From Spirochaetota bacterium (GTDB taxonomy: Bacteria; Spirochaetota; UBA4802; UBA5368), in assembly GCA_025457965.1 (NCBI GenBank), contig JALOTJ010000013.1, positions 5,785 to 69,784 of the forward strand: a stretch of DNA of 64,000 nucleotides, given 5' to 3'. The position numbers and the translations under genes were made by a program. This document shows positions 44,121 to 53,839 of this stretch, in pieces. Numbering within the stretch: the stretch's first letter is position 1; the number at the start of each line of letters is the position of its first letter. The notes under the pieces are model-generated. The model saw nothing but the letters and a program-made list of their open reading frames with translations, made no database searches and was not told where the DNA came from.

Positions 44121-44747
44121 TTACGCTTTAGGGAAACGCTTCAGGACGCTCGAACGACGGTTTCGCGCCCTGAACCGGTAAAGGACAAAGATGAGAATAA
44201 CGATGCCGACCAGCACGACCCTGGCCATGGTATCGGTCGCCGAGCTGCTCATACCGAACAAACCCTTCCCGGCGGCATCCCCACCCTCATCGCCGGAGGC
44301 TTTGCTCTTCCCGGTCGCTATATCGGGCGGGATGGTTTCGGCCACGGTTTCGGTTATCCTGATCCCGGGAATCCTTCGGTATTTGAACGCACCGTCGGTT
44401 ATATCGAGCAGGCCATCGCCCGCGTACGTCTCTTTTGGTTCTTCCTGGGCTGTCGTTCCCCGTTCCGCCTGCTTCCTTCTGGCTGCGGCCTCATCGACCG
44501 CCTCGCGCGGCTTCTGAACGGGAGAAACAGGCCGTACGGACTCCTTGTTTACAACGGTCTCCCGCTTTTCCGTGACCGCCCCGGCATCTTCCCGCTTTTC
44601 ATTCTCAACGATGGCCTCGCCGGCGGCCTCCGTTCCTGTCTGGGCATACAGCACGGACGGAACGACGGCGCGCACCGACACGCCCGCCGATACGGCAATA
44701 AAGGCGAGGAATACCAGGGTCAGCAGGATTTTAACGCCGGATTTCAT
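44121..44747 (-). CDS. Hypothetical envelope protein (208 aa): signal peptide, low-complexity acidic/Ala-rich region, C-terminal TM
   Basis: The N-terminal hydrophobic segment is ILLTLVFLAFIAVSAGV. The C-terminal segment is VVLVGIVILIFVLY followed by basic residues. Confidence 0.55.
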   Translation of the reverse strand: MKSGVKILLTLVFLAFIAVSAGVSVRAVVPSVLYAQTGTEAAGEAIVENEKREDAGAVTEKRETVVNKESVRPVSPVQKPREAVDEAAARRKQAERGTTAQEEPKETYAGDGLLDITDGAFKYRRIPGIRITETVAETIPPDIATGKSKASGDEGGDAAGKGLFGMSSSATDTMARVVLVGIVILIFVLYRFRARNRRSSVLKRFPKA

Positions 44748-44773
44748 TATTGGTTCGCGATAAGCAGACGATG

Positions 44774-45088
44774 CTATACCTTTGCCTGAACCGCGGAACG
44801 AGCGAACTCGACTTTCGCCCCGTCGGCTATCTTCAATACTATGATGTTTTCGTCAGCCTTGATGTTGATTACCACACCGTAGATTCCACCCGAGGTAAGG
44901 ACCTTGTCGCCCTTCTGAAGTGAATCAATCATCTTCTTCCGTTCCTTTTCGCGTTTCTGCGTCGGACGAATCAGCAGGAAGTAAAAAATGACGATCATTA
45001 AAACGATGGGGATAAAGCTCATCCAGCCCTGGCCGCCGGCCCCGCCGGGAATCTGCGCATACGCAGTGGAAAGAAATAAATCTGACAC
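44774..45088 (-). CDS. yajC: Preprotein translocase subunit YajC
   Basis: A GTG start at 45088 follows RBS ggagga. The sequence reads MSDLFLSTAYAQ...IVLMIVIFYFLLIRPTQKREKERKKMIDSLQKGDKV.TSGGIYG. Confidence 0.85.
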   Translation of the reverse strand: MSDLFLSTAYAQIPGGAGGQGWMSFIPIVLMIVIFYFLLIRPTQKREKERKKMIDSLQKGDKVLTSGGIYGVVINIKADENIIVLKIADGAKVEFARSAVQAKV

Positions 45089-45238
45089 CGTACATCCTCC
45101 GAGTGAATAAAGTTGTTGCACATCCGAAAACCGCACGATCCGTATCAACACCCCGGGCCGTAAACGGGCCATGCCGCCCGCGTGCGAATTGCTCCCTTAC
45201 GCTGCACCAGTGAAAATATTATGTCAACCCTTTAATCC

Positions 45239-45913
45239 TTACTCGCCGTAAATAATTACCGGTGTACCTATTACAAGGTATTTCTCGAGTTCGATTATAT
45301 CGCGGTTATACATCCGCACGCATCCGCTCGTGGCCAGATGGCCGATCGAGGCCTCATCGTTGTTGCCATGTATGGCGATGCCGTGCCCGATCGGCGCGTA
45401 CCCGCCGCGCACCCTCGGAACGGAGCCGGCGGCCACCGCCACCGCGTAGCGGGCCCGGTCACGCTCGAGCGGATAGTCCAGGAGGAAGAAACGCGGCCCA
45501 TAGGCGTTGTCGCCGAGGTCGATGTCCGGCCTGCCGTGCCTGAAGTGGCCGTCCCGCGCCCGGAAATACACGCCGTTCATCGCGCGCAGCTTTTTATATG
45601 CCGCGGTACCGGGATGCGCGTCCATGCTCAGCATTTCGATGATCCGGTAGAGGCCTTCCGGAGTCCGGTTGTCGCCCGCATGTAGTTTTGTGGAGCGGTC
45701 CGGGTTCAATCCGTACGCGACCCGGTAAGCCGCCACCACACCGCCGCGCCGTTCATGGACGCGAAGCATAAACGAGCGTTTATCCACACTGAGAACGTAA
45801 GCACCTTTGAAGCCCTCGAAGGCCCTGCTTATTTCCGGTTCTTGGCCGTTCCCGCAGGCGATTACCGAAACCGCGACTGCCAGCACGACGGCGGCGAACG
45901 ATCGTTTCGGCAT
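45239..45913 (-). CDS. L,D-transpeptidase (YkuD-domain) lipoprotein
   Basis: Lipobox VIAC is present. The catalytic motif is HGIAIHGNNDEASIGHLATSGCVRM. Confidence 0.85.
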   Translation of the reverse strand: MPKRSFAAVVLAVAVSVIACGNGQEPEISRAFEGFKGAYVLSVDKRSFMLRVHERRGGVVAAYRVAYGLNPDRSTKLHAGDNRTPEGLYRIIEMLSMDAHPGTAAYKKLRAMNGVYFRARDGHFRHGRPDIDLGDNAYGPRFFLLDYPLERDRARYAVAVAAGSVPRVRGGYAPIGHGIAIHGNNDEASIGHLATSGCVRMYNRDIIELEKYLVIGTPVIIYGE

Positions 45914-45919
45914 GCGGCC

Positions 45920-46408
45920 TCAGCGCGACACGGGGGCGTTGCGTTTGCGCATCGCCGCCATTTCGCGCAATACTTCCTCAGTGATATCGTACTCCTTCCC
46001 CGAATACACGGCACCCTCTCCGGCTCCAAGTATGAAATCTATTCCCTGCCTCGAGGCAACCGCGCTCATGGCGCGGCTGATCTCGGAAAGGATGCGCTGA
46101 CGATGTTGTTCCTCCGCAGCGTTCAATTTCTCTAGTTCGGCATTTCTTCGGGCCAGCTCGCGCCCCGCCGTCTCGTTCTCCGAGCGGTCGGCCGATGCGA
46201 TACGCGCTTTCAGCGCGCGGGCGGCCGCCAGCGCTTCAGTTTTGGCGGCCTTCACCCCCCTCGCGTCGGGATCGGAGTTAACCGCATACTCGAAGAGCAG
46301 CGCCATGTTTACGGAGCGAATTCTCGCCTCGCGCTCGTCCCCGGGCCGGACGCTGCCGCACGAGGCCACGACCGCCGCGACCATGAGTATGGCGTATGCT
46401 TGTTTCAT
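45920..46408 (-). CDS. skp: OmpH/Skp-family periplasmic chaperone (lipoprotein form)
   Basis: I trimmed the start to MKQAYAIL. It has lipobox VASC and a coiled, Ala/Glu/Arg-rich body. It lies immediately downstream of bamA. Confidence 0.75.
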   Translation of the reverse strand: MKQAYAILMVAAVVASCGSVRPGDEREARIRSVNMALLFEYAVNSDPDARGVKAAKTEALAAARALKARIASADRSENETAGRELARRNAELEKLNAAEEQHRQRILSEISRAMSAVASRQGIDFILGAGEGAVYSGKEYDITEEVLREMAAMRKRNAPVSR

Positions 46409-46409
46409 A

Positions 46410-48944
46410 CTAAAAACGGTAGTCACCTATCCCGAACTGAAAGGTGAAATCCCCCATGGTATCGAAGTATCCTTTATCCTGCCCGACCCATACAAGTTTG
46501 CGCCCGAACCAGAAGCGCAGCGGCATCATGGGGATCTGGATCTTGAACCCGAAACCGTACGAATACTTGAAGTAATACATCAGGTTGATGTTGTCGATAT
46601 CGCGTATATCGTGGAGCAGCCCGGCGGCCTTGTCCTCGTTGATCGTCTCGAGGTTGCTCGTCCCCCGGTTCTGTTCCCAGAAGCGGTCGCTCCAGAGCGA
46701 TCCCGCATCGAAGAAAAACGCCATCCAGAGCATCTGGGGATGAATCGGCACGCGGAACTCGGCGCCGTAGAGGATACGGTGATACATCCCTATGCGCCAT
46801 GAACTCGGCAGCTCCAGGTCGAAATATTCCCACCCCCGAAGCGTCTCCGGGCCGCCGATGTACAGCCTGTCCTCGGACTCCAGCCACTCGTTGCTATCGC
46901 GCGGCTGGAAACGGCCGACCGCACCCCTGGCCAGAGGAGGCGCGAGGAAGGTGGCGTTGGCGCGGAGTTCGAACACGCACGGATGCGTTTTGAGGAAGGG
47001 CAGATTGAATGGCGAATAATACACGAACGCATCGGGCGAATATTTAATATAATGGTCGTCCCCCCGAAGGACGTTGCCTCCGGTGAAGCCGACCGACATC
47101 TCCACGCGCGACCCCCGGGTGGGATTCAGGTAATTGTCCTTTGAGTCCCTATAGGTATAGAGGGTGACCGTCCTCTTTTCCTGGAACCCCAGCGACTCCT
47201 CTATGAACACTTCATCGCTAGCGTTGCCCGACGGGTTGACGATCCCCTTGAAGACGTGCGACCATACGGTGCCTACGCCGTAGTAATACCAGAAACGGTA
47301 ACTCAGACCGAGGCTGTATCCCACCGTCTGCTTCTGGTACTCGGCCTCCTCGTCGGAGTTGGGAAACATCGAGCTGGTCCGGATGGTGTTAACCGTATAG
47401 AAGATTGACGCGTTGAAACCGATCGGCTTGTCCATAAGCCATGGCTCGTTGAACGAAATCGTAACGGAACTGCGCAGGGGGCCGTATTCGAAGCGAACGC
47501 CCACGCGCTGACCGTTGCCCATCAGGTTGTTCTCGCCGATGTCGGCGAAGATCGAGAAGCCGGACGTGGTGCCGTAGCCGCCGCCGAGCGAGATCGTTCC
47601 GCTTGGCTGTTCCTCGACGTCCACGATGAGGTTCATGTATCCCTCGCGGCTGCCGGGGCGCACGTCGAAGTTGACCTGCTTGAAGAAACCAAGGTTGAAT
47701 ATCTTTTCGCGCGATACCTGCATCTTGTACGAATTGAAAAGCTCCCCCTCCTTGACGAGCAGTTCGCGCCGGATTACCTTCTCCTTCGTCTTGACGTTAC
47801 CCTTGACGAAAATATTCTCGATATAGGCCTGGCTGCCTTCTTCTATCTCGAAATCTATGCGTACAAATTTTCTTTTTTCAGTCCGTCCCTTCACCGCGAT
47901 GTCACGCTCCTGTACCGTACGCTTCGGCACCACGCGCGCGAAGATATACCCCTTCGAAGCGTAGGTGAAGCTGATCATCTGCCGGTCTTTCTGGAACTTG
48001 GTATCGTTGAATATTTCGCCTTCTTTTATCTGCTCGAACTGCGACTCGAGCACCTTGCTCTCGACGACCTGGTTGCCCGCGATGGTATAGCGGTCGAAAT
48101 AATAGCGCTCACCCTCGGCCACCTTGATCGTGATGAATATCACCCTCGTTTCCTTTTTACGGGGGTCCTTCCACTCGTACTCGACCCTGTCCTCCAGTAT
48201 CTGCGCGTCGAGGTAGCCTTCCTCCCGGTAGAGGGCAAGGACCTTCGTCTTGTCCTGTTCGTATATGTCCTTCTTGAAATCGCCGTTTTTAAAGAGGCCG
48301 TCCTCCTCGCTTTCCATCACCTTTTTCAGCGTCTTCGCCGGTATCTTTCTCGCCCCGAGGATGGCGATCTTGTTAATTTTAATTTCCTCGCCCTCGTCGA
48401 TGATGAACAGGACCTCGACGGAATTGGGGTCGTCCTTGTACTGTCGTGTGCGGTATTCAATCACCGCGCTGAACAGCCCCTCGTCATCGTATTTTTTCCG
48501 CAGGGACTTGATGGCTTTTTCAAGTTTGTCGATCCGAAGCGGCTCGCCCTCCTTTATGCCCACGACCTCCGAGAGTTCCGTATCATAGAGCTTCTCCACG
48601 CCGCGGAAGGTGATCTGCTTGACCATGGGGCGCTCCTTGCAGACGAAGCGCAACCGCACGCCGTCGTCGAACTCCTGTATCTCCACCTGGACATTTTCGA
48701 ACTGGCCGGTTTTAAAAACCGCCCTGATGTCCTCGCGGACCTCCGCCCCCTTCAACGGAAAGCCGATGTCGCTGACGAGCACCTCGTAGAGGTCCTCCTT
48801 GTCCACATTTTTAAGTCCGACGAACTCAATCTTGCGAATTACCTTCCCCTCGTATTTGGAAGGCTGTGAAAATACGCTGTGGAGCATGAATACGGAAGCG
48901 CAGATGACCCCCGCCGCCGCTAAAACAATCAGTGCTTTTCTCAT
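46410..48944 (-). CDS. bamA: Outer-membrane protein assembly factor BamA (Omp85), POTRA repeats plus beta-barrel
   Basis: 844 aa with a signal peptide and repeated POTRA-like units (IRKIEFVGL..., VKQITFRGV..., INKIAILGA...). The C-terminal barrel ends FQFGIGDYRF (terminal Phe). Confidence 0.95.
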   Translation of the reverse strand: MRKALIVLAAAGVICASVFMLHSVFSQPSKYEGKVIRKIEFVGLKNVDKEDLYEVLVSDIGFPLKGAEVREDIRAVFKTGQFENVQVEIQEFDDGVRLRFVCKERPMVKQITFRGVEKLYDTELSEVVGIKEGEPLRIDKLEKAIKSLRKKYDDEGLFSAVIEYRTRQYKDDPNSVEVLFIIDEGEEIKINKIAILGARKIPAKTLKKVMESEEDGLFKNGDFKKDIYEQDKTKVLALYREEGYLDAQILEDRVEYEWKDPRKKETRVIFITIKVAEGERYYFDRYTIAGNQVVESKVLESQFEQIKEGEIFNDTKFQKDRQMISFTYASKGYIFARVVPKRTVQERDIAVKGRTEKRKFVRIDFEIEEGSQAYIENIFVKGNVKTKEKVIRRELLVKEGELFNSYKMQVSREKIFNLGFFKQVNFDVRPGSREGYMNLIVDVEEQPSGTISLGGGYGTTSGFSIFADIGENNLMGNGQRVGVRFEYGPLRSSVTISFNEPWLMDKPIGFNASIFYTVNTIRTSSMFPNSDEEAEYQKQTVGYSLGLSYRFWYYYGVGTVWSHVFKGIVNPSGNASDEVFIEESLGFQEKRTVTLYTYRDSKDNYLNPTRGSRVEMSVGFTGGNVLRGDDHYIKYSPDAFVYYSPFNLPFLKTHPCVFELRANATFLAPPLARGAVGRFQPRDSNEWLESEDRLYIGGPETLRGWEYFDLELPSSWRIGMYHRILYGAEFRVPIHPQMLWMAFFFDAGSLWSDRFWEQNRGTSNLETINEDKAAGLLHDIRDIDNINLMYYFKYSYGFGFKIQIPMMPLRFWFGRKLVWVGQDKGYFDTMGDFTFQFGIGDYRF

Positions 48945-49108
48945 CTGCTGACGCTTACCGTTCCCACCATTATATGTAAGAAGCCACTTTTCCGGAACTG
49001 ATGATTCCGAATTTCAGGTCTCTTTAACTTTCATAATCCGTATTGTCAAGAAAATAGAGTCGTTTTACGCTTTGAATATACCGGCGCACATATGGGCCAG
49101 CGGCACCG

Positions 49109-49561
49109 TCACTCGGTCGAACGCGTCGTCGCCAGCGTGAACTTCGGAATGCCGGCCCGGTTGAGGTGGTCCATCACCCGGACGATCGTTTCATAATTCG
49201 TCATCTTGTCGCCCCTGATCACCACGGCGCCGTCCTTGACACTCTCCTTTCGTTTTTTAAGCTCGTCGAGAAGAATATCCATCCGCACACCGACATCGTT
49301 CAGATAGACCTCGTTTTTTTCGCTGATGGTGATAACCAGGTCACCCGACCGCTGGGCACCGGCCTGTACCGCCCGCGGCAGATGCACGGTTATGGCCGAT
49401 ACGCTACCGATGCTGTACGATACCATAAAAAAAAGGACCAGATTGAAAGAAAGGTCTATCAGCGGAGTGATATCGATCGACGCCCTTCGCTGGAACCGCG
49501 ATTTCAAACTCAAGCCCACGGCCTCACCGTCCCCCGTGGTCCGCCAGGGCGTTCGCGACAT
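49109..49561 (-). CDS. exbD: ExbD/TolR-family biopolymer transport protein
   Basis: 150 aa with motif IDITPLIDLSFNLVLFFMV. The start is uncertain because the annotated ATG overlaps exbB by 38 nt. Confidence 0.85.
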   Translation of the reverse strand: MSRTPWRTTGDGEAVGLSLKSRFQRRASIDITPLIDLSFNLVLFFMVSYSIGSVSAITVHLPRAVQAGAQRSGDLVITISEKNEVYLNDVGVRMDILLDELKKRKESVKDGAVVIRGDKMTNYETIVRVMDHLNRAGIPKFTLATTRSTE

Positions 49562-50141
49562 GCTCGAGGTCTTTTACAAAACCGTCCACCCGCGAAACCA
49601 TGTAATTGTAGAATATCCAGGCGGGGATGGCGACGATCAGGCCGAGCGCCGTGGTAATGAGGGCCTCGGCTATGCCCCTGGCGAGCAGATCGTGGGCGAA
49701 CTGTCCTTCCCTGGTGAGGCCGCTGAAGGATTTCATCATGCCCGTGACGGTCCCCAGCAGGCCGAACATGGGAGAAATCGTGGCGATGGTCGACAGGGCG
49801 CCCAGATGACGCTCTATCTTACGGATGGCCCCGGAGGAAAGGTCCGCTATGATCCTGGAAGCGGCCCCATCGCCCGGAAGCGCAGAAAGGAAACCGTCTA
49901 TGACCTCGGAAATCGGACCCGGGTAACGGGCCACAAGGACGCGGGCCTCCTGCGTTTTGCCCGCGCGGACATTCTCGAGACAGCCGGCGACGACAAGCCG
50001 GTAGTCATGGCTTATCCTCCGGAAGAATACGACGCGCTCGATGATGATCGCCATGCCGACGATCGAACACAGAAAGATCGGTGCGAGCATCACCCATGTC
50101 GGCACGGCGTCGAAGATTGAGAGGTAAATGGTAGTGCTCAT
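49524..50141 (-). CDS. exbB: MotA/TolQ/ExbB-family proton channel
   Basis: 205 aa with motifs ATISPMFGLLGTVTGM and EALITTALGLIVAIPA. Confidence 0.9.
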   Translation of the reverse strand: MSTTIYLSIFDAVPTWVMLAPIFLCSIVGMAIIIERVVFFRRISHDYRLVVAGCLENVRAGKTQEARVLVARYPGPISEVIDGFLSALPGDGAASRIIADLSSGAIRKIERHLGALSTIATISPMFGLLGTVTGMMKSFSGLTREGQFAHDLLARGIAEALITTALGLIVAIPAWIFYNYMVSRVDGFVKDLEHVANALADHGGR

Positions 50142-50150
50142 GATGTTTCC

Positions 50151-51608
50151 TCAAATGAGAATGCGGAGCCCCCCCAGGAACGTTATTCCCGGCTCCGGGT
50201 AGCCCTCGCGAAGGTTGTACCTGGCGTTATAAAGGTTCTCAACTCGGACATAGGCGTAAAAACTCTCCAGCATCTGACGCTGAAGGCCGAGCGTACCGAT
50301 GACCGCACCCGAAATCTCCCCGTCGCCATCGGGATCGGTGTACACCTTGCCCGCCAGCCTGTTGCTCCATTCAAAACGCCAGATCTTTCCGTTGTATTTT
50401 ACCGCGCTGCCGAAGTTCTGGCGCGGGCGATAGGTGATATGTTCGGAAGCGATGAAGTAATTGTACTCGTAGCGAAGCGAGAGCTCGAGCGTTTTTTCGA
50501 AAAGGAAGAACCTGGAATCCACGTGCGATGCGCAGGTGGTGGCCTGGATGGTTTCGGCGCTCAGAACGTTCCCGTCGGTTACCGTATAATAATTATACAG
50601 GTTATTGTTGTTCTCAATGACGACCCCCGCCTTGATGCTGACGCTGTCGTTGACGCGCACCTCCAGACGCGCGTTGCCATGGTGCACGCGCCCGGGAGGG
50701 AGATCGTAGGTCGGCATGATATATTTCTGCTCGAGATAGAACTCCTCGGGCCTGAATGGTGCCAGGTCGCACCGGTAGAGGAGCGAAAACGTAGTATACT
50801 GAAAGCCTTTCAGCGTTACGCCCACGATCGGAAACGCCAGCGGCTTTTCGTCCCGGTTTACGTCGACGTTGAGACCGAAACTGAGACCTATATTCGGGGT
50901 GATGTTGAAGTCGTCGATGAGCTCACCGCTGAAGTAACGGTCGGAGGGAATGTCCCCCTGGTAGAAATAGTAGCCCCCCAGGACGTTGCCGCGCACCCTG
51001 TTCGACGCGGACCAGATGTATTCGCCGCCGATCTCGCCGGTTGCGTGGTTCAGCGTGCTGCGCTCGGAATCCGTGACCCCGATCGCGTTGAGTCGATGAC
51101 GGTATTCCGCTCCCCCTACCGTAACATAGCCTTCGAACGAACTGGACAGCTTGGAGATGTTCTTGATCGAGATGCGCGCCTTGTCCTTTTCCTCGCGCGA
51201 GTACCACTGGTTGTCGAACATGCCGCGCGAATCATTGTTCACCTCGGCATCGAGAATCGATTTCCACGAGTCGGTGGGGTTGAAATTTCCGGTATAGCCG
51301 ATCCTGTTCTCGTTAAAGCTGGAATTCTCGAACAGGCTTCCATTGTAGCCGAAATCGTTCGAGCGCTTGAAATAGGAGCTGAGGAGGTAGACCGAATTCT
51401 CCTGCTCGTGGGACAGGTTGATCGTGGAGAGCATGTTGTTGTACTGTCCATAGACGACCTGCATGTCGATATTGACATTGCGGGAACGGTCGTTTTTCGG
51501 TTCATCGACCGGAATTACCGCCGCTGGATTGTCCACCGGGGTCTGGGAAAACCCGACAGCGCACAGCAAGAAGAGAAAGATCGCTCCCGCCGTTAATTTC
51601 AGCCTCAT
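50151..51608 (-). CDS. Predicted outer-membrane beta-barrel protein, unassigned family (485 aa)
   Basis: It has a signal peptide (IFLFLLCAVGFSQ) and alternating aromatic/polar beta-strand periodicity throughout. It is too short for a plugged TonB-dependent receptor, and it ends GGLRILI rather than with an aromatic residue. Confidence 0.65.
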   Translation of the reverse strand: MRLKLTAGAIFLFLLCAVGFSQTPVDNPAAVIPVDEPKNDRSRNVNIDMQVVYGQYNNMLSTINLSHEQENSVYLLSSYFKRSNDFGYNGSLFENSSFNENRIGYTGNFNPTDSWKSILDAEVNNDSRGMFDNQWYSREEKDKARISIKNISKLSSSFEGYVTVGGAEYRHRLNAIGVTDSERSTLNHATGEIGGEYIWSASNRVRGNVLGGYYFYQGDIPSDRYFSGELIDDFNITPNIGLSFGLNVDVNRDEKPLAFPIVGVTLKGFQYTTFSLLYRCDLAPFRPEEFYLEQKYIMPTYDLPPGRVHHGNARLEVRVNDSVSIKAGVVIENNNNLYNYYTVTDGNVLSAETIQATTCASHVDSRFFLFEKTLELSLRYEYNYFIASEHITYRPRQNFGSAVKYNGKIWRFEWSNRLAGKVYTDPDGDGEISGAVIGTLGLQRQMLESFYAYVRVENLYNARYNLREGYPEPGITFLGGLRILI

Positions 51609-51655
51609 GATCGAACCCGGTGGTGGAGGAATTATGGCGGCGGGGGTGCGTTAGC

Positions 51656-51796
51656 CTAAAGCCGGTCACGCCGTACCGCCCGCCCGCACTTTCGGCAGGC
51701 CACAGACTCCTGCGGCGTACCGAAATCGACGAATACATTAATCACATAACCACAGCCGCATCTGTAGGTAAAGGATTTTATTGAGCCGCTCGTCAT
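51656..51796 (-). CDS. Candidate 46-aa zinc-ribbon micro-protein
   Basis: Sequence MTSGSIKSFTYRCGCGYVINVFVDFGTPQESVACRKCGRAVRRDRL (CxC...CxxC). RBS aggagag lies 6 nt upstream. It is below the ORF-track cutoff and is the first gene of the OMP-exbBD cluster. Confidence 0.5.
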   Translation of the reverse strand: MTSGSIKSFTYRCGCGYVINVFVDFGTPQESVACRKCGRAVRRDRL

Positions 51797-51971
51797 GGTC
51801 CACTCTCCTGTCTGGAACGGATCGCGGGGTATTGTTACACGATGACAGCACCGGGAACCGGAAAACCCGGAGTTTTCGGTTTCTTCCTCGCCCCCGTTAA
51901 TTATCGGACCATTAAAACACGGGGGCGAGGATAATATCCCCGCCCCTGATTTCGTGATACACCGCCACGGG

Positions 51972-53126
51972 CTATTTCAGCGCGGCGACCCTGTCAGTCT
52001 TTTCCCAGGTAAACTCGGGCTCCCGTCTTCCGAAATGTCCGTAGGCAGCGGTAAGGCGGTAAATCGGCCGCAGGAGGTCGAGCGTATTGATGATGCCCGC
52101 CGGCTTGAGGTCGAAGGCTATCCGGATGCGCCGGGCGATCTCCTCGTCCGAGATCTTTCCGGTGCCGAACGTCTCAACCATTACCGAGACCGGTTCGGCT
52201 ACGCCGATCGCGTAGGCGATCTGCACCTCGCAGCGGTGCGCCAGACCCGCGGCCACTACGTTTTTGGCGATATAGCGCCCCATATAGGCCGCCGATCTGT
52301 CCACCTTGGAGGGGTCTTTCCCGGAGAATGCACCGCCGCCGTGCCGTCCCATGCCTCCATAGGTATCAACGATGATCTTGCGGCCGGTCAGCCCGGTATC
52401 GCCGTGCGGACCGCCAACGACGAAGCGCCCTGTAGGATTGACGTATATTTTGGTATCTTTATCGATCAGGCTGTCGGGTATGACTTTCTTTATAACGGCG
52501 TCGATCATGGCCTGACGAATGGTCTCATAATCGACTTCGGGTGAATGCTGGGTCGAGATGACGATCGCGTCGACCATCGCGGGTTTTCCGTCGACGTAGC
52601 GCACCGTGACCTGGGACTTGGAATCCGGGCGAACGAATTTAAGCTCTCCGCTCTTGCGGCAATCGGCCAGCTTCTTCACCAGGCGGTTCGCGTACCATAT
52701 CGGCATGGGCATGAGGTCTTCGGTCTCCGCGACGGCGTAGCCGAACATCATCCCCTGGTCGCCCGCGCCCTGTTCCTTGAACAGCCCCTGCCCCTCGGTG
52801 ACGCCCTGCGAAATATCGGGTGACTGCGAATGCACGTACACGTCGACCTGGCAGTTGCCGGTGTCGAAGCCTATCTCCGGATCGGTGTAACCGATTTCCT
52901 CAATTACGTTAAGCGCGACCTTTTTATAATCGACCGCGGTCTTCGAGGTTATTTCGCCCGATACGACTATCCTGTTGGTTGTAACGAGGGTCTCGCAGGC
53001 GACCCGCGAAAACCTGTCCCCGCCGAGGTGTTCATCGAGCACAGCGTCCGATATCTGGTCCGAACATTTGTCCGGGTGTCCCTCGGAAACGGACTCCGAT
53101 GTAAAAAGGTAGCTCTTCTCCGCCAT
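51972..53126 (-). CDS. metK: S-adenosylmethionine synthetase
   Basis: 384 aa with motifs [34 protein letters not shown] and a C-terminal HFGR. Confidence 0.97.
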   Translation of the reverse strand: MAEKSYLFTSESVSEGHPDKCSDQISDAVLDEHLGGDRFSRVACETLVTTNRIVVSGEITSKTAVDYKKVALNVIEEIGYTDPEIGFDTGNCQVDVYVHSQSPDISQGVTEGQGLFKEQGAGDQGMMFGYAVAETEDLMPMPIWYANRLVKKLADCRKSGELKFVRPDSKSQVTVRYVDGKPAMVDAIVISTQHSPEVDYETIRQAMIDAVIKKVIPDSLIDKDTKIYVNPTGRFVVGGPHGDTGLTGRKIIVDTYGGMGRHGGGAFSGKDPSKVDRSAAYMGRYIAKNVVAAGLAHRCEVQIAYAIGVAEPVSVMVETFGTGKISDEEIARRIRIAFDLKPAGIINTLDLLRPIYRLTAAYGHFGRREPEFTWEKTDRVAALK

Positions 53127-53239
53127 GGTAATCCCCTTTAACTGATAATCACAAAAGGACGGAACCCGCGACCCGCCGCAGGCTCCATCGTGTAATCAGG
53201 TATTTCATCGCCCGGTTGAAGGGCCGGGCTCCCTGCCCG

Positions 53240-53431
53240 TTATTTCTTCCAGTGAATGCATTCGGCGGGACAGCTGTCAATAACCTCTTGAATTTTGTCC
53301 TCGGGTGCGCCCGCCGGATTATGCACGACGCTTACGCCGTCGGAGGTCATTTCAAAAACCTCGGGCAGCGTATCAACACAGAGCTCGCACCCGGTGCACT
53401 CACTTTCATCGACGTACACTTCTTTGGCCAT
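53240..53431 (-). CDS. fdx: Small single-cluster ferredoxin
   Basis: 63 aa with motifs CTGCELC and a distal CP...C (SCPAECI). RBS aaggagg is present. Confidence 0.85.
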   Translation of the reverse strand: MAKEVYVDESECTGCELCVDTLPEVFEMTSDGVSVVHNPAGAPEDKIQEVIDSCPAECIHWKK

Positions 53432-53497
53432 ATTGACCTCCTTAGACTGATATCGTTTTAATGCACCATACCGCTTTCGGCGCCTGGAGCGCCGTAG

Positions 53498-53839
53498 TTA
53501 TTTCTTTTCAGGCGTCCCGGCCGGGGCGGCCGGAGTCGAAACTTTCTCTTCTATAACGCCGGAGGTCTTCGCGCCTTCGTCCAGAAGGTCCTTCTCGATG
53601 GCCTTGTTACGGTACGACTCGAGGATCGCCAGTCCGAGCGACCCCGTCATGAAGAGCGCGACCATAACGGCCGTCGCCTTGGTAATGACGTCGGCCGTCG
53701 ACGAGCCGAAAGCCGACTGGCTGGACCCGCCGAGGATCCCCATGCCGGCGCTTTTGTCTGACTGCAGAAGGATAATAATCACTAGAAGCACGCAAAGTAC
53801 CGCGAACGATACCGTTCCGATGGTCATCAATACGCCCAT
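53498..53839 (-). CDS. secG: Preprotein translocase subunit SecG
   Basis: 113 aa with motif LLVIIILLQSDKSAGMGILGGSSQSAFG and a second TM helix. Confidence 0.85.
   Translation of the reverse strand: MGVLMTIGTVSFAVLCVLLVIIILLQSDKSAGMGILGGSSQSAFGSSTADVITKATAVMVALFMTGSLGLAILESYRNKAIEKDLLDEGAKTSGVIEEKVSTPAAPAGTPEKK

Noticed and set aside
50439-51596. A 385-aa plus-strand ORF antisense to the beta-barrel gene.
   Set aside because: It is a mirror frame without a signal peptide or motifs. The minus frame has a signal peptide and beta-strand periodicity, and it sits in the exbBD operon.
53127-53239. A possible SAM riboswitch in the metK 5' leader.
   Set aside because: The leader is structured (gcccgg/ccgggc and ggagcc/gguucc stems), but I could not find the conserved SAM-I, SAM-II or SAM-V core sequences. 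It needs cmscan to be sure.
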